Positions 31,597-41,276 of a DNA stretch of 64,000 nt are shown in pieces. Each line of letters opens with the position of its first letter. Within the stretch, counting starts at the first letter, position 1. The notes below the pieces were generated by a model. It was not told the DNA's origin, did not search any database, and worked only from the letters and a program-made list of their open reading frames with translations. A program made the translations under genes and the position numbers. Source of the stretch: an uncultured Desulfospira sp. (GTDB lineage: Bacteria > Desulfobacterota > Desulfobacteria > Desulfobacterales > Desulfobacteraceae); the NCBI GenBank assembly GCA_963663165.1, contig OY760175.1:3584001-3648000 (forward strand). The letters run 5' to 3'.

Positions 31597-31886
31597 AAAA
31601 AGTCATATTTGCCGCCTTTATTGAAGAAATCCTGGACCCGGAGATGTATCACCGGTATATCAGCCAGGTGCCCCCGATCATTGAAGCACACAATGGCACA
31701 TATATTGCCCGAAGCAGCCGGATCACCCCGCTCTGCGGCAGTCCTCCCCAACGGACCATCCTCATCGGGTTTGATTCCATGGACCAGGCAAAGGCCTGCT
31801 TCTCGTCACCGGAATATCGAAAAATAAAGCACCTGCGCGACAACAGCACAACATCAACTGCATTTTTCATTGAAAATCAGACGTGA
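31593..31886 (+). CDS. DUF1330 family protein
   Basis: Y...VPPIIEAHNG, F.SMDQAKA..SSPEY pattern. Confidence 0.8.
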   Translation: MKKVIFAAFIEEILDPEMYHRYISQVPPIIEAHNGTYIARSSRITPLCGSPPQRTILIGFDSMDQAKACFSSPEYRKIKHLRDNSTTSTAFFIENQT

Positions 31887-31923
31887 TGTTGTATGACGGG
31901 TGCAGCAGACACACCATACAGCA

Positions 31924-31981
31924 ATAATCAAGGTTTGACCCCACCTAGGGCTATAATCAAGGTTTGACCCCACCTACGGCT
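31924..31981. repeat. 29 bp tandem duplication with 1 mismatch
   Basis: ataatcaaggtttgaccccacctagggct / ataatcaaggtttgaccccacctacggct. Confidence 0.9.
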
Positions 31982-34209
31982 GTTACCCGGCAGGGAACAT
32001 AACGGTGAAGGGGCGTGCCCAAGGTATCCCTGTGGGTATTCCGGGTCAGCCGGTTTACATTGACGCCCTGAACCTTCCCTTCAAAGGTATAGCCGAAACC
32101 ATGGGGGATCAAGACCAGTCCCGGGGCCGTCATTTCAGTGATTTCGACTTCCAGAACGGCGGTTCCGGCTTCTGTGGTGATTTTTGCCGGGCTGCCGTCT
32201 GAAAGATTCAGGTTTTCGGCATCCAACGGGTTCATTGCGATTGTGCAGTCCCGTTTGCCTTTATTCCATTGGGGGTTTCGCATCAGGCCGTTGATGTTAT
32301 ATTTAAAATGCCGGCCGGCACTGAGGATCAAAGGAAAATCTTTTGAACGCTTAAGGTCCAGGGCTTCCTTTTCAGGCGTCAGGTGTGCCGCGGCTTCGGC
32401 CAATTCGGGAATATGAATTTCAAGTTTGCCTGACGGTGTCTTTATGCTTTTCATCGGCGCATCAACGTCGGCTTTTCCCACCCAAAGCCCCTGGGGATTA
32501 TCTATCAGGGCCTGGAATAAATCATCCCCCTGGCTCAGGGTCGGTTCAAAGCCAGCCCTTGCGGCCTGCTCACGGAACTTTCCGGGGGCGGTCATCAGCA
32601 TCCCCCAAAAGGCCGCCTTGGCAGCACTGTCCCATTCCTTTCCCAGGGTTTTGGCCAGAATGAACGGCATCGCTTTTTGCGCACGGGGCTCGGATGACGC
32701 CCAGGCCAAAAGCGCTGCCCCAAAGGCCATACGATCTCCCTTGGCTGCGCTGTATAATTTATCCGGGATTTCGGGAATCAGCCCCAGCCGGTCTGCTATG
32801 CGGGTGTGGATCTGAGAGGCTTCCAGGCACTCTCCCGGCGGTGCCGCCAAAGGCCTTCTTAACTGGCAGAAAATTTTCGGATAGGTCCAGGCGAAGAACG
32901 TCGTATCCCAGGATTCATAAAAGGACCGGCACGGCAGGACATAGTCTGCCATAGCCGCTGTTTCACTCATGACAATGTCATTGACCACGAGAAGATCCAG
33001 ATGTTTAAATGCGGCTTCATAGGCCCGGGTATCCGGATAAGCCCGCAATGGATTGCAGGCGGAGACATAGACCGCCCTGATCCGCTCAGGATGGTCACTG
33101 AGGATCTCCTCGGGCAGGACTGCCGGGGGAAAAGACCCGGCCGCAGCCGGCGGCATTTTTGTCACTTTCGTCTGCCACACCCTGGGATCTCTTTCGTCTG
33201 CGTGAAACCCCAGCGGCATGACCATCCCGGGAATAAAATTTCCGCCGGTGGTCTGGAACACGCCGCACACAGCCCCCAGAACATACAACAGATAGGAGTT
33301 CAAAGTGGAATGGCGCCCCATGTAAATCCCCAGATCCTGATGAAAGCCCCATGGCGTCCGGGTCATCAGGCGGCAGAGCTCAAGCACAGGATCATATTCA
33401 AGCCGGCACACCCGCAATGCATTCAAAACATCAACATCGGTAAACCAGGACCGAATCTCATTCCATCCGTCTACACAGGTCTCAAGATAATGGGTGTTCT
33501 CCCAGCCCTTTGACAGAATCAAGGCAACCATCGCTTTGATGAGCAGGGCATCGGTTCCCGGGCGCAATGCCAGATGGATGTCCGCAATCCGGGCTGTTTC
33601 ACTTTTCCTCGGGTCAATCACGACAAGGCGCCTGTCCGGGGATCTGGCAATTTTTTTGAGGGTTACGGGGGCACGGGGCATCTGATGGCTCTCCATGCCG
33701 TTCCAGCCCCAGGCCACCAGCATCTGCGTGTTGTCCTCATCGGGGATGCTGATGTTATACTGCTTTCCCATGACCCGGCCGGCCACCCACCAGGCACCTG
33801 AAAATTCCTGCCCTGTGGATGAATAATAATATTGGGAGCCCATTCCCCGCAGCAGGCCAAGCCCTAATCCAGCCTCCATGTGCCCTCCCTGGGAGCTTCC
33901 GCCCATATAGGCCAGAGTCCGTGGGCCGTATAAATCCACAGCCGTTTTCATCTTATCTGCAATTTCTGCAACTGCCTGGTCCCATGAAATTTTCTTAAAT
34001 TTCCCCTTCACTTTTTTTAACGGATGGGTGAGCCTGTCTTTCTGGTATTGATGGTACAGGACATTCAGCCCTTTTCTGCAGGCATAGCCCAGGCTTCTGG
34101 GGTTCTCTTTGTCCGGAACAACCTTGACCATTCTGCCGTTTTCAACAAGAATTTTTAACCCGCAATTCTGGGCGCATAATACGCACCCTGTCTGATACCA
34201 GGTTCCCAT
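31957..34209 (-). CDS. Molybdopterin-dependent oxidoreductase, single subunit, no Tat signal
   Basis: CVLCAQNC...CRKG 4Fe-4S motif, RLTHPL, IDPRKSETA, RPGTD, C-terminal molybdopterin dinucleotide domain. Confidence 0.88.
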   Translation of the reverse strand: MGTWYQTGCVLCAQNCGLKILVENGRMVKVVPDKENPRSLGYACRKGLNVLYHQYQKDRLTHPLKKVKGKFKKISWDQAVAEIADKMKTAVDLYGPRTLAYMGGSSQGGHMEAGLGLGLLRGMGSQYYYSSTGQEFSGAWWVAGRVMGKQYNISIPDEDNTQMLVAWGWNGMESHQMPRAPVTLKKIARSPDRRLVVIDPRKSETARIADIHLALRPGTDALLIKAMVALILSKGWENTHYLETCVDGWNEIRSWFTDVDVLNALRVCRLEYDPVLELCRLMTRTPWGFHQDLGIYMGRHSTLNSYLLYVLGAVCGVFQTTGGNFIPGMVMPLGFHADERDPRVWQTKVTKMPPAAAGSFPPAVLPEEILSDHPERIRAVYVSACNPLRAYPDTRAYEAAFKHLDLLVVNDIVMSETAAMADYVLPCRSFYESWDTTFFAWTYPKIFCQLRRPLAAPPGECLEASQIHTRIADRLGLIPEIPDKLYSAAKGDRMAFGAALLAWASSEPRAQKAMPFILAKTLGKEWDSAAKAAFWGMLMTAPGKFREQAARAGFEPTLSQGDDLFQALIDNPQGLWVGKADVDAPMKSIKTPSGKLEIHIPELAEAAAHLTPEKEALDLKRSKDFPLILSAGRHFKYNINGLMRNPQWNKGKRDCTIAMNPLDAENLNLSDGSPAKITTEAGTAVLEVEITEMTAPGLVLIPHGFGYTFEGKVQGVNVNRLTRNTHRDTLGTPLHRYVPCRVTAVGGVKP

Positions 34210-34708
34210 ATTGCCTCCTTTTAAATATGTCTTCTTTCCTGTGCCGTGGCCAGATCGGTCTCACCTGTATTTTTAAGGGAAAGCGTCGGGATCATCACCT
34301 CCCTTGCCGGCCGTCTCATGCTCTTTTCTGCAAATACAGTAACCGACAGCCGTTTCTTTTGATCGGCAATCATTTTTTTTGCCGTCTCATAAGGGAAGGT
34401 TGCCGGTTCAGCCGTTCCCTGCCGTGAGACCGGAATACCCCGCAGCGGCTGTGTTTTATGGCTGACCCGGCGGTTTCCCATGAAATGCGTCAGGAATTCA
34501 TTTGACGGGAATCCGGAAGGGGGATTGTCAAGGTGGCGGGCCGGTTTTTCATACAGGTCTGTCATTGAAACATGCGCCTCTTGTTTCAGGGTTGGAAGAG
34601 ACTTTCTGCCTATGGTCAACAGGAATATTAGCGGTTGCAAATTAAAAACAACAGTGTCATAAATGACAAATAATATGCGATATAGGACTTTTCAAGGAGA
34701 ATCCCCCC

Positions 34709-35686
34709 ATGGTCAATATCAGTTTATGGATTACAGACGGGTGCATGGCATCTTCGGCGCTGACAATCATGGACGTCTTCAGCATAGCAAATCTGTGGCA
34801 AGCGCATTTGACAAAGGGAAATGAGCCGGCACTGTTTTCGCCCTCTCTTGTGAGCACCCGCGGAGAACCGGTTACGGCCCGGGGCAACATCCGGATAGCC
34901 CCCCACCGTGCCATCGGTGATATAGAACAGACAGACTGTGTCATCATATCGCCCATCCTGCCGGAATTGGGGCCCCCCGCTGACAATTTGAAATCATTTT
35001 TTCAATGGTTAAAAAAAATGAGGGCCGGGGGGGCATTCATTGCCTCGGTTTGCACCGGAAGTTTTATTTTGGCCCAAAGCGGCCTTCTGGACGGGAAAAA
35101 GGCAACGACCAACTGGCAGTTTGCCGCTTTATTTCAACGTTCTTTTCCCGGGATTACCCTTGTCAGCGAGGATATCCTGGTGGAAGACGATAATATTATG
35201 AGCACCGGAGCCGCAACAGCGGTCAACAACCTTGCCATTTATTTGATCAGGCGGTTCGGATCTGCCAAGCTTGCCCGGGTCTGTGCCAAAGCCCTGCTTG
35301 TGGACCTGAACCGCCGCACACAATCGGCGTATGCCGTTTCAATCCCTTCCCGGTCCCACGGCGATGCCCAGGTTCTGAAGGCGCAGAAAGCGATCGAAAA
35401 AAATTATGCCGCCATTGACAGTGTTGATGAAATTGCAAAAGACATCGGGATAAGTCCCAGGCATTTTAAAAGAAGGTTTAAAAGCGCAACCGGAGATATG
35501 CCTTTAAAATATCTTCAAAAAACCCGAATCGAGGCGGCCAAGGAACTGCTCGAAACAACGGATAAAAATTTTGGAGAAATCACTTTAGAGGTCGGGTACC
35601 AGGATATCAGTTCATTTTGCCGCCTGTTTAAACAGCATACCCAAATCTCACCCAAAGCCTACAGGGAAAAATTTTTAACCATCTGA
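34709..35686 (+). CDS. GlxA-family AraC regulator (DJ-1/amidase-like domain)
   Basis: SVCTGSFILAQSGLLDGKKATT; C-terminal AraC double HTH. Confidence 0.9.
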   Translation: MVNISLWITDGCMASSALTIMDVFSIANLWQAHLTKGNEPALFSPSLVSTRGEPVTARGNIRIAPHRAIGDIEQTDCVIISPILPELGPPADNLKSFFQWLKKMRAGGAFIASVCTGSFILAQSGLLDGKKATTNWQFAALFQRSFPGITLVSEDILVEDDNIMSTGAATAVNNLAIYLIRRFGSAKLARVCAKALLVDLNRRTQSAYAVSIPSRSHGDAQVLKAQKAIEKNYAAIDSVDEIAKDIGISPRHFKRRFKSATGDMPLKYLQKTRIEAAKELLETTDKNFGEITLEVGYQDISSFCRLFKQHTQISPKAYREKFLTI

Positions 35687-35797
35687 TTCCGTTAACGGCC
35701 ACGGACCGTCTTATAGAACACGGGCAGACGGTCAGGGCGGATGAGAATATCGCCCCGGGAATCATACCAAAGGTCTTTTAACGCGGTGCCCTTGCAT

Positions 35798-36442
35798 TTA
35801 CCCCTTCCCCGTCAGGGCGCACAGTTCAAGAGCCCTGGACAGATGGGCAGCAGCGGTTTTCATGCCGGCCTCATCCTCTTTTACGCCCAGACGCACCTCC
35901 GGGTCAAACCGCCCCTGCCCGTGGCGGCTGCTCACGGCAGATGCCCCTAAGGGGCTGATGCAGGCATGGCTGGTCGCCGGAATCATATCCAGGGTGATAA
36001 AGGCCAGGATGTGGGACAGATGGGTGGTCTCCATCCCGCCGTGCCGAAGCCAGGAAACAGCGGCGCTGATGCCGATCTTGTTTTTCAGCTTGCCGCCGGC
36101 CTCATTGCCGAAGATAAACAGTCTTAAACGATCAATGAATGTGGCCATCATGCCGCTGGTCCTCATGAAATAGACCGGGCTTGAAAAAACGATGATATCG
36201 GCGCTCTCAAGGGCCTCAAATGCGATTTGGGCGTCATCTTTCAGGGCGCAGTACCTGCCCTTTTGTTGTTTTTTCAGACAAAAATTGCAGTGGATGCAGT
36301 TTTTGATATTCAATTCGGACAGGTGAAGGGTCTCTGTCTCAAGGCCCTTTTCTTTTGCAAGATCCATTATGGTTCCAACAAAGGTATCTGCATTTCCGTT
36401 TTTAACAGGGCTTGCGGACACTGCAACGATTTTAATCGACAT
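35798..36442 (-). CDS. Flavodoxin-family iron-sulfur flavoprotein
   Basis: SASPVKNGN, CIHCNFC...C...DD, SPVYF, DRL. Confidence 0.85.
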   Translation of the reverse strand: MSIKIVAVSASPVKNGNADTFVGTIMDLAKEKGLETETLHLSELNIKNCIHCNFCLKKQQKGRYCALKDDAQIAFEALESADIIVFSSPVYFMRTSGMMATFIDRLRLFIFGNEAGGKLKNKIGISAAVSWLRHGGMETTHLSHILAFITLDMIPATSHACISPLGASAVSSRHGQGRFDPEVRLGVKEDEAGMKTAAAHLSRALELCALTGKG

Positions 36443-36444
36443 AT

Positions 36445-36690
36445 TCACTCCTGTTGACTGAATTGATCCAGCCGGGTTAAAAAATTTTTCATGGTGGACC
36501 ATTCTTCCTTTGAAAAACAGTCTATAAATTTCTGGTTTGTTGATTCAAAAAGGGCTTGAATCTCTTTTTTGCAGGCACGGCCGTGGGGTGTTAAAAAAAT
36601 TCGCAAAGATCTTCGATCCCCCTGGTCGGCCCGGCGCTCAATCCACCCGTCCTTTTCCAGCCGGTCCAGAAGCCCTGTGATCGTGGCCCG
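36445..36690 (-). pseudogene. 5'-truncated MarR-family regulator (not in the ORF track)
   Basis: Minus strand translates RATITGLLDRLEKDGWIERRADQGDRRSLRIFLTPHG...QQE*; in-frame stop at 36703-36705 and no start codon. Confidence 0.8.
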
Positions 36691-36837
36691 GATTTTTAAT
36701 TTTCAGGGAAAACACCAAAAAAAAATGTCAGGGCCGGACCGCCCTTGGCTTTGGGGACCAGGGCAATCGCATGTAACTTTCCCACAGTTTAAGCTTACCG
36801 AATGCAATTTCAGTGCGCAGCACTGAAACTAAAGTGT

Positions 36838-37082
36838 TCCTCTGTTTTTATATTCTCACGCTAAGGCGCAAAGAATACTATTGCCCAAGGGAAGTTAAGC
36901 TTTGCGCCGTTGCGCCTTTGCGAGAGTTTTTTTAAAGCGTTGCCCACCATTGTCCATATAACATGTTGTTTGTGAGGGGTAAATCAAACAGGGCCATGCT
37001 AACTACCGGCTTGGGACTTGGGGAGGCCACGGACGCTGCAATCCCCAAGTCCCAAGCCCCATATCCCAAATCCATTTTATTG
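36838..37082. repeat. Family C repeat, inverted copy
   Basis: Reverse complement of about 21625..21915. Confidence 0.75.
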
Positions 37083-37171
37083 GAGTTATTTCCCCCAGAA
37101 TAAGCTTAATAAGATTTTAAGCTTTTGGAGCTGGGTAGCACAGAGGTTTGGCTTACGCCAAACCTCACAGA

Positions 37172-37480
37172 TGGGCGGACGCCGACAGTCTGGCCACCTG
37201 GTTTCCCCGGGCGGTGGCCCCCATGCTGGCGGACGGAAAACTGCTGCTGGACATCCGGGTGGATGACCAGGAGCAGACCCACCGGTTTCTCAAGAACGGA
37301 TCTGTGTGCGGCTGCATCAGCACCCTTGACCGGGCACTGCAAGGATGCAGGGTCTTTGAAATCGGCACCATGGCGTACCAGATGCTGTCTACCCCGGCGT
37401 TTGCCGACAGGTGGTTCCGGGAGGGGGTCACTTTGAAAACGGTATCCATGGCACCTGCCGTGATTTTCAACCGGAAGTGA
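37172..37480 (+). pseudogene. Internal fragment of an ArgP/IciA-like LysR regulator
   Basis: ADSLATWF...VDDQEQT...GCIST...APAVIFNRK effector-domain motifs; no HTH and no C-terminus. Confidence 0.75.
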
Positions 37481-37544
37481 TGACCTGTTTTAAGATGCTT
37501 TCGGCCTCAGAAAGGCTTGCGGTGATCTCTCCCCGGCCGGAAGG

Positions 37545-37910
37545 CTACAGCTTGCCCCTGAGCAGGTCAGCCAGCCCTGCAAAGGCTTTAACCTTGCCGC
37601 CGCCCGACGGGCCGGAAGAGGCATCATCGGCATAGGCATCCGCCACCTGGTCCCGGGCATGTTCATTGTCGTGGCAGTAAAGGCACAAAAGCTCCCAGTT
37701 GCTGCCGTCAGCCGGATTGTTGTCATGGTTGTGGTCCTTATGGTGGACCGTAAGCTCCCTGAGACGGCTGCTTTCAAATTCCCGTCCGCAATGGGCACAC
37801 ACCCAGGGAAACATTTTCAGGGCGCGCTCACGGTAGCTTTTTTCTCTTTCCCGCTGGCTTTGAAGCGCCTGCTCAAGCATTTTACCGGTATCTTTTTTTG
37901 GGGATTTCAT
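37545..37910 (-). CDS. yajD: YajD-family HNH nuclease
   Basis: YRERALKMFPWVCAHCGREF...LTVHHKDHNHDNNPADGSNWELLCLYCHDNEH. Confidence 0.9.
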   Translation of the reverse strand: MKSPKKDTGKMLEQALQSQREREKSYRERALKMFPWVCAHCGREFESSRLRELTVHHKDHNHDNNPADGSNWELLCLYCHDNEHARDQVADAYADDASSGPSGGGKVKAFAGLADLLRGKL

Positions 37911-37939
37911 GGGTTCATGGCTCCATCGATGTCTGATTT

Positions 37940-38040
37940 TTACAACCGTCACGGGCGGCTTGGATTATCCAGCCAAGCACCGCCCACAACACACATTGAA
38001 AACTTTCTCAGAACCTTAGTAAAATTTTCATACAACCGTC
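37940..38040. repeat. Family D repeat, inverted unit
   Basis: aaccgtcacgggcggcttggattatccagccaag is the reverse complement of the 16100..16132 region. Confidence 0.7.
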
Positions 38041-38067
38041 AAGGAGGCCAAAATCGGACGGGCCGTG

Positions 38068-38145
38068 ATGGATGCGGATGTATTTATCAGCCTGACCCAT
38101 TTCAAGGGCCACGAGGTCACCGGTTTTGGCGGTGCCAACAAAAAT
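38068..38145 (+). pseudogene. Short relic of a DUF362-type Fe-S protein gene
   Basis: DADVFISLTHFKGHEVTGFGGANKN motif, after which similarity is lost. Confidence 0.6.
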
Positions 38146-38490
38146 TTTCGCATATTCTGGGGGCTCATCAATTTCAGCAATTTCGGTAGCCGGAATTTCT
38201 GGAGTGATTGCCTTGGGGATTTCAACTTTAAACTGAGGAACCTTTTTTTACTAATGTTACGGTTCCTTGCAATATCATACGCCTTAATTCTACCTGAATT
38301 CCTAAAAAGCACACCTTTATCTAAAATTATCAGCCACACAATACTTTTGTTATTGAATGCTGATTCTAAATCGGCCCGGACTGAAAAAATCCGGCCCGCC
38401 GCAGTAAGCATATGCTGCAGCAGGCCGGAGAGTTGTGGTTAAATTTTCAGTATTCACCCCGTCTGGAAAATAAATTCAGACGGGTAGCCA

Positions 38491-40098
38491 TCAGGCTTTG
38501 ATCTTTCTTCTCATGCCGGCAAGGCCGAGAAGGCCGGCACCCAGAAGGCAGAATGCGCCGGGAACCGGCACGGATGAGGCAGCGGTGACGGCATAGCTGC
38601 CCAGCTCTGTGGCGGTAAAACTTGCATAGGTGCCGCTAAAATTAAGGTCTTCGGCATCGTATTCAACCCAGGTACCATCATTAAGATACCAGACAGTCAG
38701 ATCCGAAAGGTTCACGTCTGCGTCTGCGTAAAGAGAAAGATAAACAGGGCTCTCTTCGCTGACCGTGTACCCTTCGGTGGAAAACACCCAGGCGGACAGA
38801 AGCTCGTAATCGCCTCCGGCAAGGGCTGTTTCAAGCCCGGTCAGATCTGTCCCGCTCAATGCGGCTGCAGTGAAACTGATTTCAGTGGAAGCGGTTGCGG
38901 CAAGAAAGCCTGCACCCGCAGACATACCGGTGCTGCTGTCCGTGATCAGGGCCCGCTGCCGGGAAGACAGATCAAGGGAGACAGTGTCACTGCCGGCAGC
39001 ATTTGTTACGGCATCATACACGGTGACCGTATTGGTAGCGGCATCCAGGACCCCGCCCAGGGCCAGGATTGTGCCCTCGCCGGTAAGGGTTCCATATGTC
39101 AGTGGATTGTAGGAACCGGAAGTGGCGGAAGCCCCGGCCACCAGGCGTAAAGTCCCGTTGTTGGTAATGGTGCCGTCGGAGCCCGCGGAAAGGGAGCTGT
39201 TCACATCAACGGTGGCAGCCGAACTGCTGTTGATGCTGACGGTGCCGGCAGTTACCGCACCGCCGTTGGCAACGGTCAGGCTGCTTTGGCCGTTATAGCC
39301 GACATAAAGTTTGTTGTCTGTACCAAGCGATGACCCTTCCCCGTCAATGGTCGCACGGGTGGTGGATCCGGATGCGTATCCAAGATAGACAACAGAATCA
39401 CTTGCCGTCGTTGCGACGGAACCGCCGTTAGTAATGAAAATCGAAGCCGCACCGGTGCTTTGGGAACCGGTATATAAAAGTCTGGAGATCTCCCATGAGG
39501 AGCCTTCACCGTCAATGATTGCGGTGGCGTCTGAAACCTCACCCAGATATGCAAGGCTGCTTGTCATCGAGCCGCCGTCTAAAATACTGATCTGTGCAGA
39601 CGTATCAACTTTGTGAGCCGCATAAAAAGGAGAGCTGCTCGAAAATGAGGAACCCGCCCCGGAGATGGTCAATGCGGCAGCGGCTCCCTCGTAGCATGCC
39701 AGGTATGTTGTAGCTCCTTGCGTTACGGTGGCCCCGTCGGTGATATTTAAATATCCGTTGCCGTACCGCCCGATAAACATTGTTCCACTGCTGGTCAATG
39801 AGGAACCGGATCCATCCACGTTAATCGTCCCCTCGCTGCCGGCCTCATAGCCGAAGTAGGCTTTGCTGACTGCCATGGTACTACCGTTGTTGATGGTGAC
39901 AGACCCTTCATCGGAATATCCGATGTACGCTTTAGTAGAAGATGTCCAGGTGGCAGGATCGTCCGGATAGACGTCTCCCGTGTACAAAATATCTGCCTGA
40001 ACAGCAGAGGTCATAATAAATAAAGAGGCCAGGATAAGGGCCAGGCCGTTAAATACTTTGGGTAATTTTTTTTGTTTCTTCACTTTCTTTTTCCTCAT
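38491..40098 (-). CDS. Surface protein with T5SS/PEP-CTERM-associated beta repeats and a VPxP-CTERM anchor
   Basis: Signal peptide; repeated G..G.G.L.I..G..V / IDGEGSSW units; C-terminal VPVPGAFCLLGAGLLGLAGMRRK. Confidence 0.85.
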   Translation of the reverse strand: MRKKKVKKQKKLPKVFNGLALILASLFIMTSAVQADILYTGDVYPDDPATWTSSTKAYIGYSDEGSVTINNGSTMAVSKAYFGYEAGSEGTINVDGSGSSLTSSGTMFIGRYGNGYLNITDGATVTQGATTYLACYEGAAAALTISGAGSSFSSSSPFYAAHKVDTSAQISILDGGSMTSSLAYLGEVSDATAIIDGEGSSWEISRLLYTGSQSTGAASIFITNGGSVATTASDSVVYLGYASGSTTRATIDGEGSSLGTDNKLYVGYNGQSSLTVANGGAVTAGTVSINSSSAATVDVNSSLSAGSDGTITNNGTLRLVAGASATSGSYNPLTYGTLTGEGTILALGGVLDAATNTVTVYDAVTNAAGSDTVSLDLSSRQRALITDSSTGMSAGAGFLAATASTEISFTAAALSGTDLTGLETALAGGDYELLSAWVFSTEGYTVSEESPVYLSLYADADVNLSDLTVWYLNDGTWVEYDAEDLNFSGTYASFTATELGSYAVTAASSVPVPGAFCLLGAGLLGLAGMRRKIKA

Positions 40099-40140
40099 TT
40101 CAATAAATATAGTAAGTTATGGATAAAATATCCCTGGTAA

Positions 40141-40308
40141 TCAATCTGCAAGGGTTGCCTTGTAAGCGGCATACCAGAGATGATAGTCGGCAAGATCAAT
40201 ATCGCCGTCATTGTCAAAATCAGCGGCTTCAATGTATCCGCTGTCACCTTCCCGGGTCTTCAATGCACTGCGCAGAATACGCATGTCAGCCCGGTCCGTA
40301 CAAAGCAT
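40141..40308 (-). pseudogene. 55 aa dockerin-like ORF or gene remnant (not in the ORF track)
   Basis: MLCTDRADMRILRSALKTREGDSGYIEAADFDNDGDIDLADYHLWYAAYKATLAD* aligns with the C-terminus of 43557..44543. Confidence 0.75.
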
Positions 40309-40401
40309 CTTGGCGGAGGCATGCGGGTCTTTCTCTTTTTTTTAGATTTAGATACAATTTGCGGGTCGTTGTTCCCTCCTTTTAATCTTTGGCAGTTTAA
40401 T

Positions 40402-40440
40402 AAAAAATCCTGCCGGGTTGATTGTTCATGGCAACCCGGC
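40402..40440 (-). terminator. Riboswitch expression-platform terminator
   Basis: Minus strand GCCGGGTTG-catgaacaat-region-CAACCCGGC followed by AGGATTTTTT. Confidence 0.65.
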
Positions 40441-40525
40441 GGTCCTGTTTCTTTAATTTGCAAAAGGGGAGGATCCGTGGCTTTCCGGCCCCCGGTTTTC
40501 CGGGGTGTGGCTTTTTCATATCAAG
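40428..40525 (-). ncRNA. Cyclic di-GMP-I (GEMM) riboswitch aptamer
   Basis: Minus strand AAAGCCACACCCCGGAAAACCGGGGGCCGGAAAGCCACGGATCC...GGACCGCCGGGTTGCC fits the P2 / CGGAAAGCC / P3 / GCCGGGTTGCC pattern. Confidence 0.75.
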
Positions 40526-41276
40526 TTTGGCTATAACAATTTGTATTTATGAATTCTCGGATTTTTTTGCTGAATGATAAAATTTTTAATTTTCAGGCTA
40601 TAGCCTTCCGGCCCGATCCTCCTCGCGATCGCTATCGAAATCGATCATCATTCCTTCCTGTCCCCCTGCTGTATGGCTTAATAAGCATCGCTGCAATTTG
40701 ATCAGCGTCGTTGTCGGGTTTCGGTCCTCCACCCGACGAGTCCGGTCGAAAAGGCGGCTCCTCGGTAGGTCGGGTGCATGATTGGAGTACAACATATGAA
40801 ATAACCAGGCTGTATGCCGGTGTAACAGACCGAAAATACGGATAACAATCCGCCAAAAGGGAAAAAAGGACCGCCGGCTTTTTGAGCATGGTTAAATAGC
40901 CGGGCTTTCAGCATTTTTGCAGGTTGTTGTAATATCAACCCTATCGAAAATCCTATGTCAGACCAGCATGAAGTCAGGTCCTGAAGCATAAAAAAAGTAA
41001 TATTTCAAGACCTGGCCCTTTTCACATTTTTTTTGCAAAAAGACCGTTGATGTGATATCTGAAGCCTTTCTGTTAGGCTCATAATCAAATTAAAAATCCA
41101 TGATGCGCCGAAAGAAGCGGGAATTTTAAGTTGCCTTCAAAGCACGCCAATGGAAGCATATTTCAATATGTGCCCCTTAGCGTAACGGGGATGGCCAACC
41201 AAAAGACAAGCATCCGGGAGGTTGTATTTTGATCATGAGTCTTAAATCATGTTTCATAGAAAGGAAGTTCTACACA

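Noticed and set aside
34221..34640. 139 aa ORF between the oxidoreductase and the GlxA regulator
   Set aside because: No recognisable motif; it lies in a divergent promoter region
40620..40790. Possible four-helix-bundle gene relic and REP-like palindromes
   Set aside because: The similarity (DQIAAMLIK) is too short to support a call
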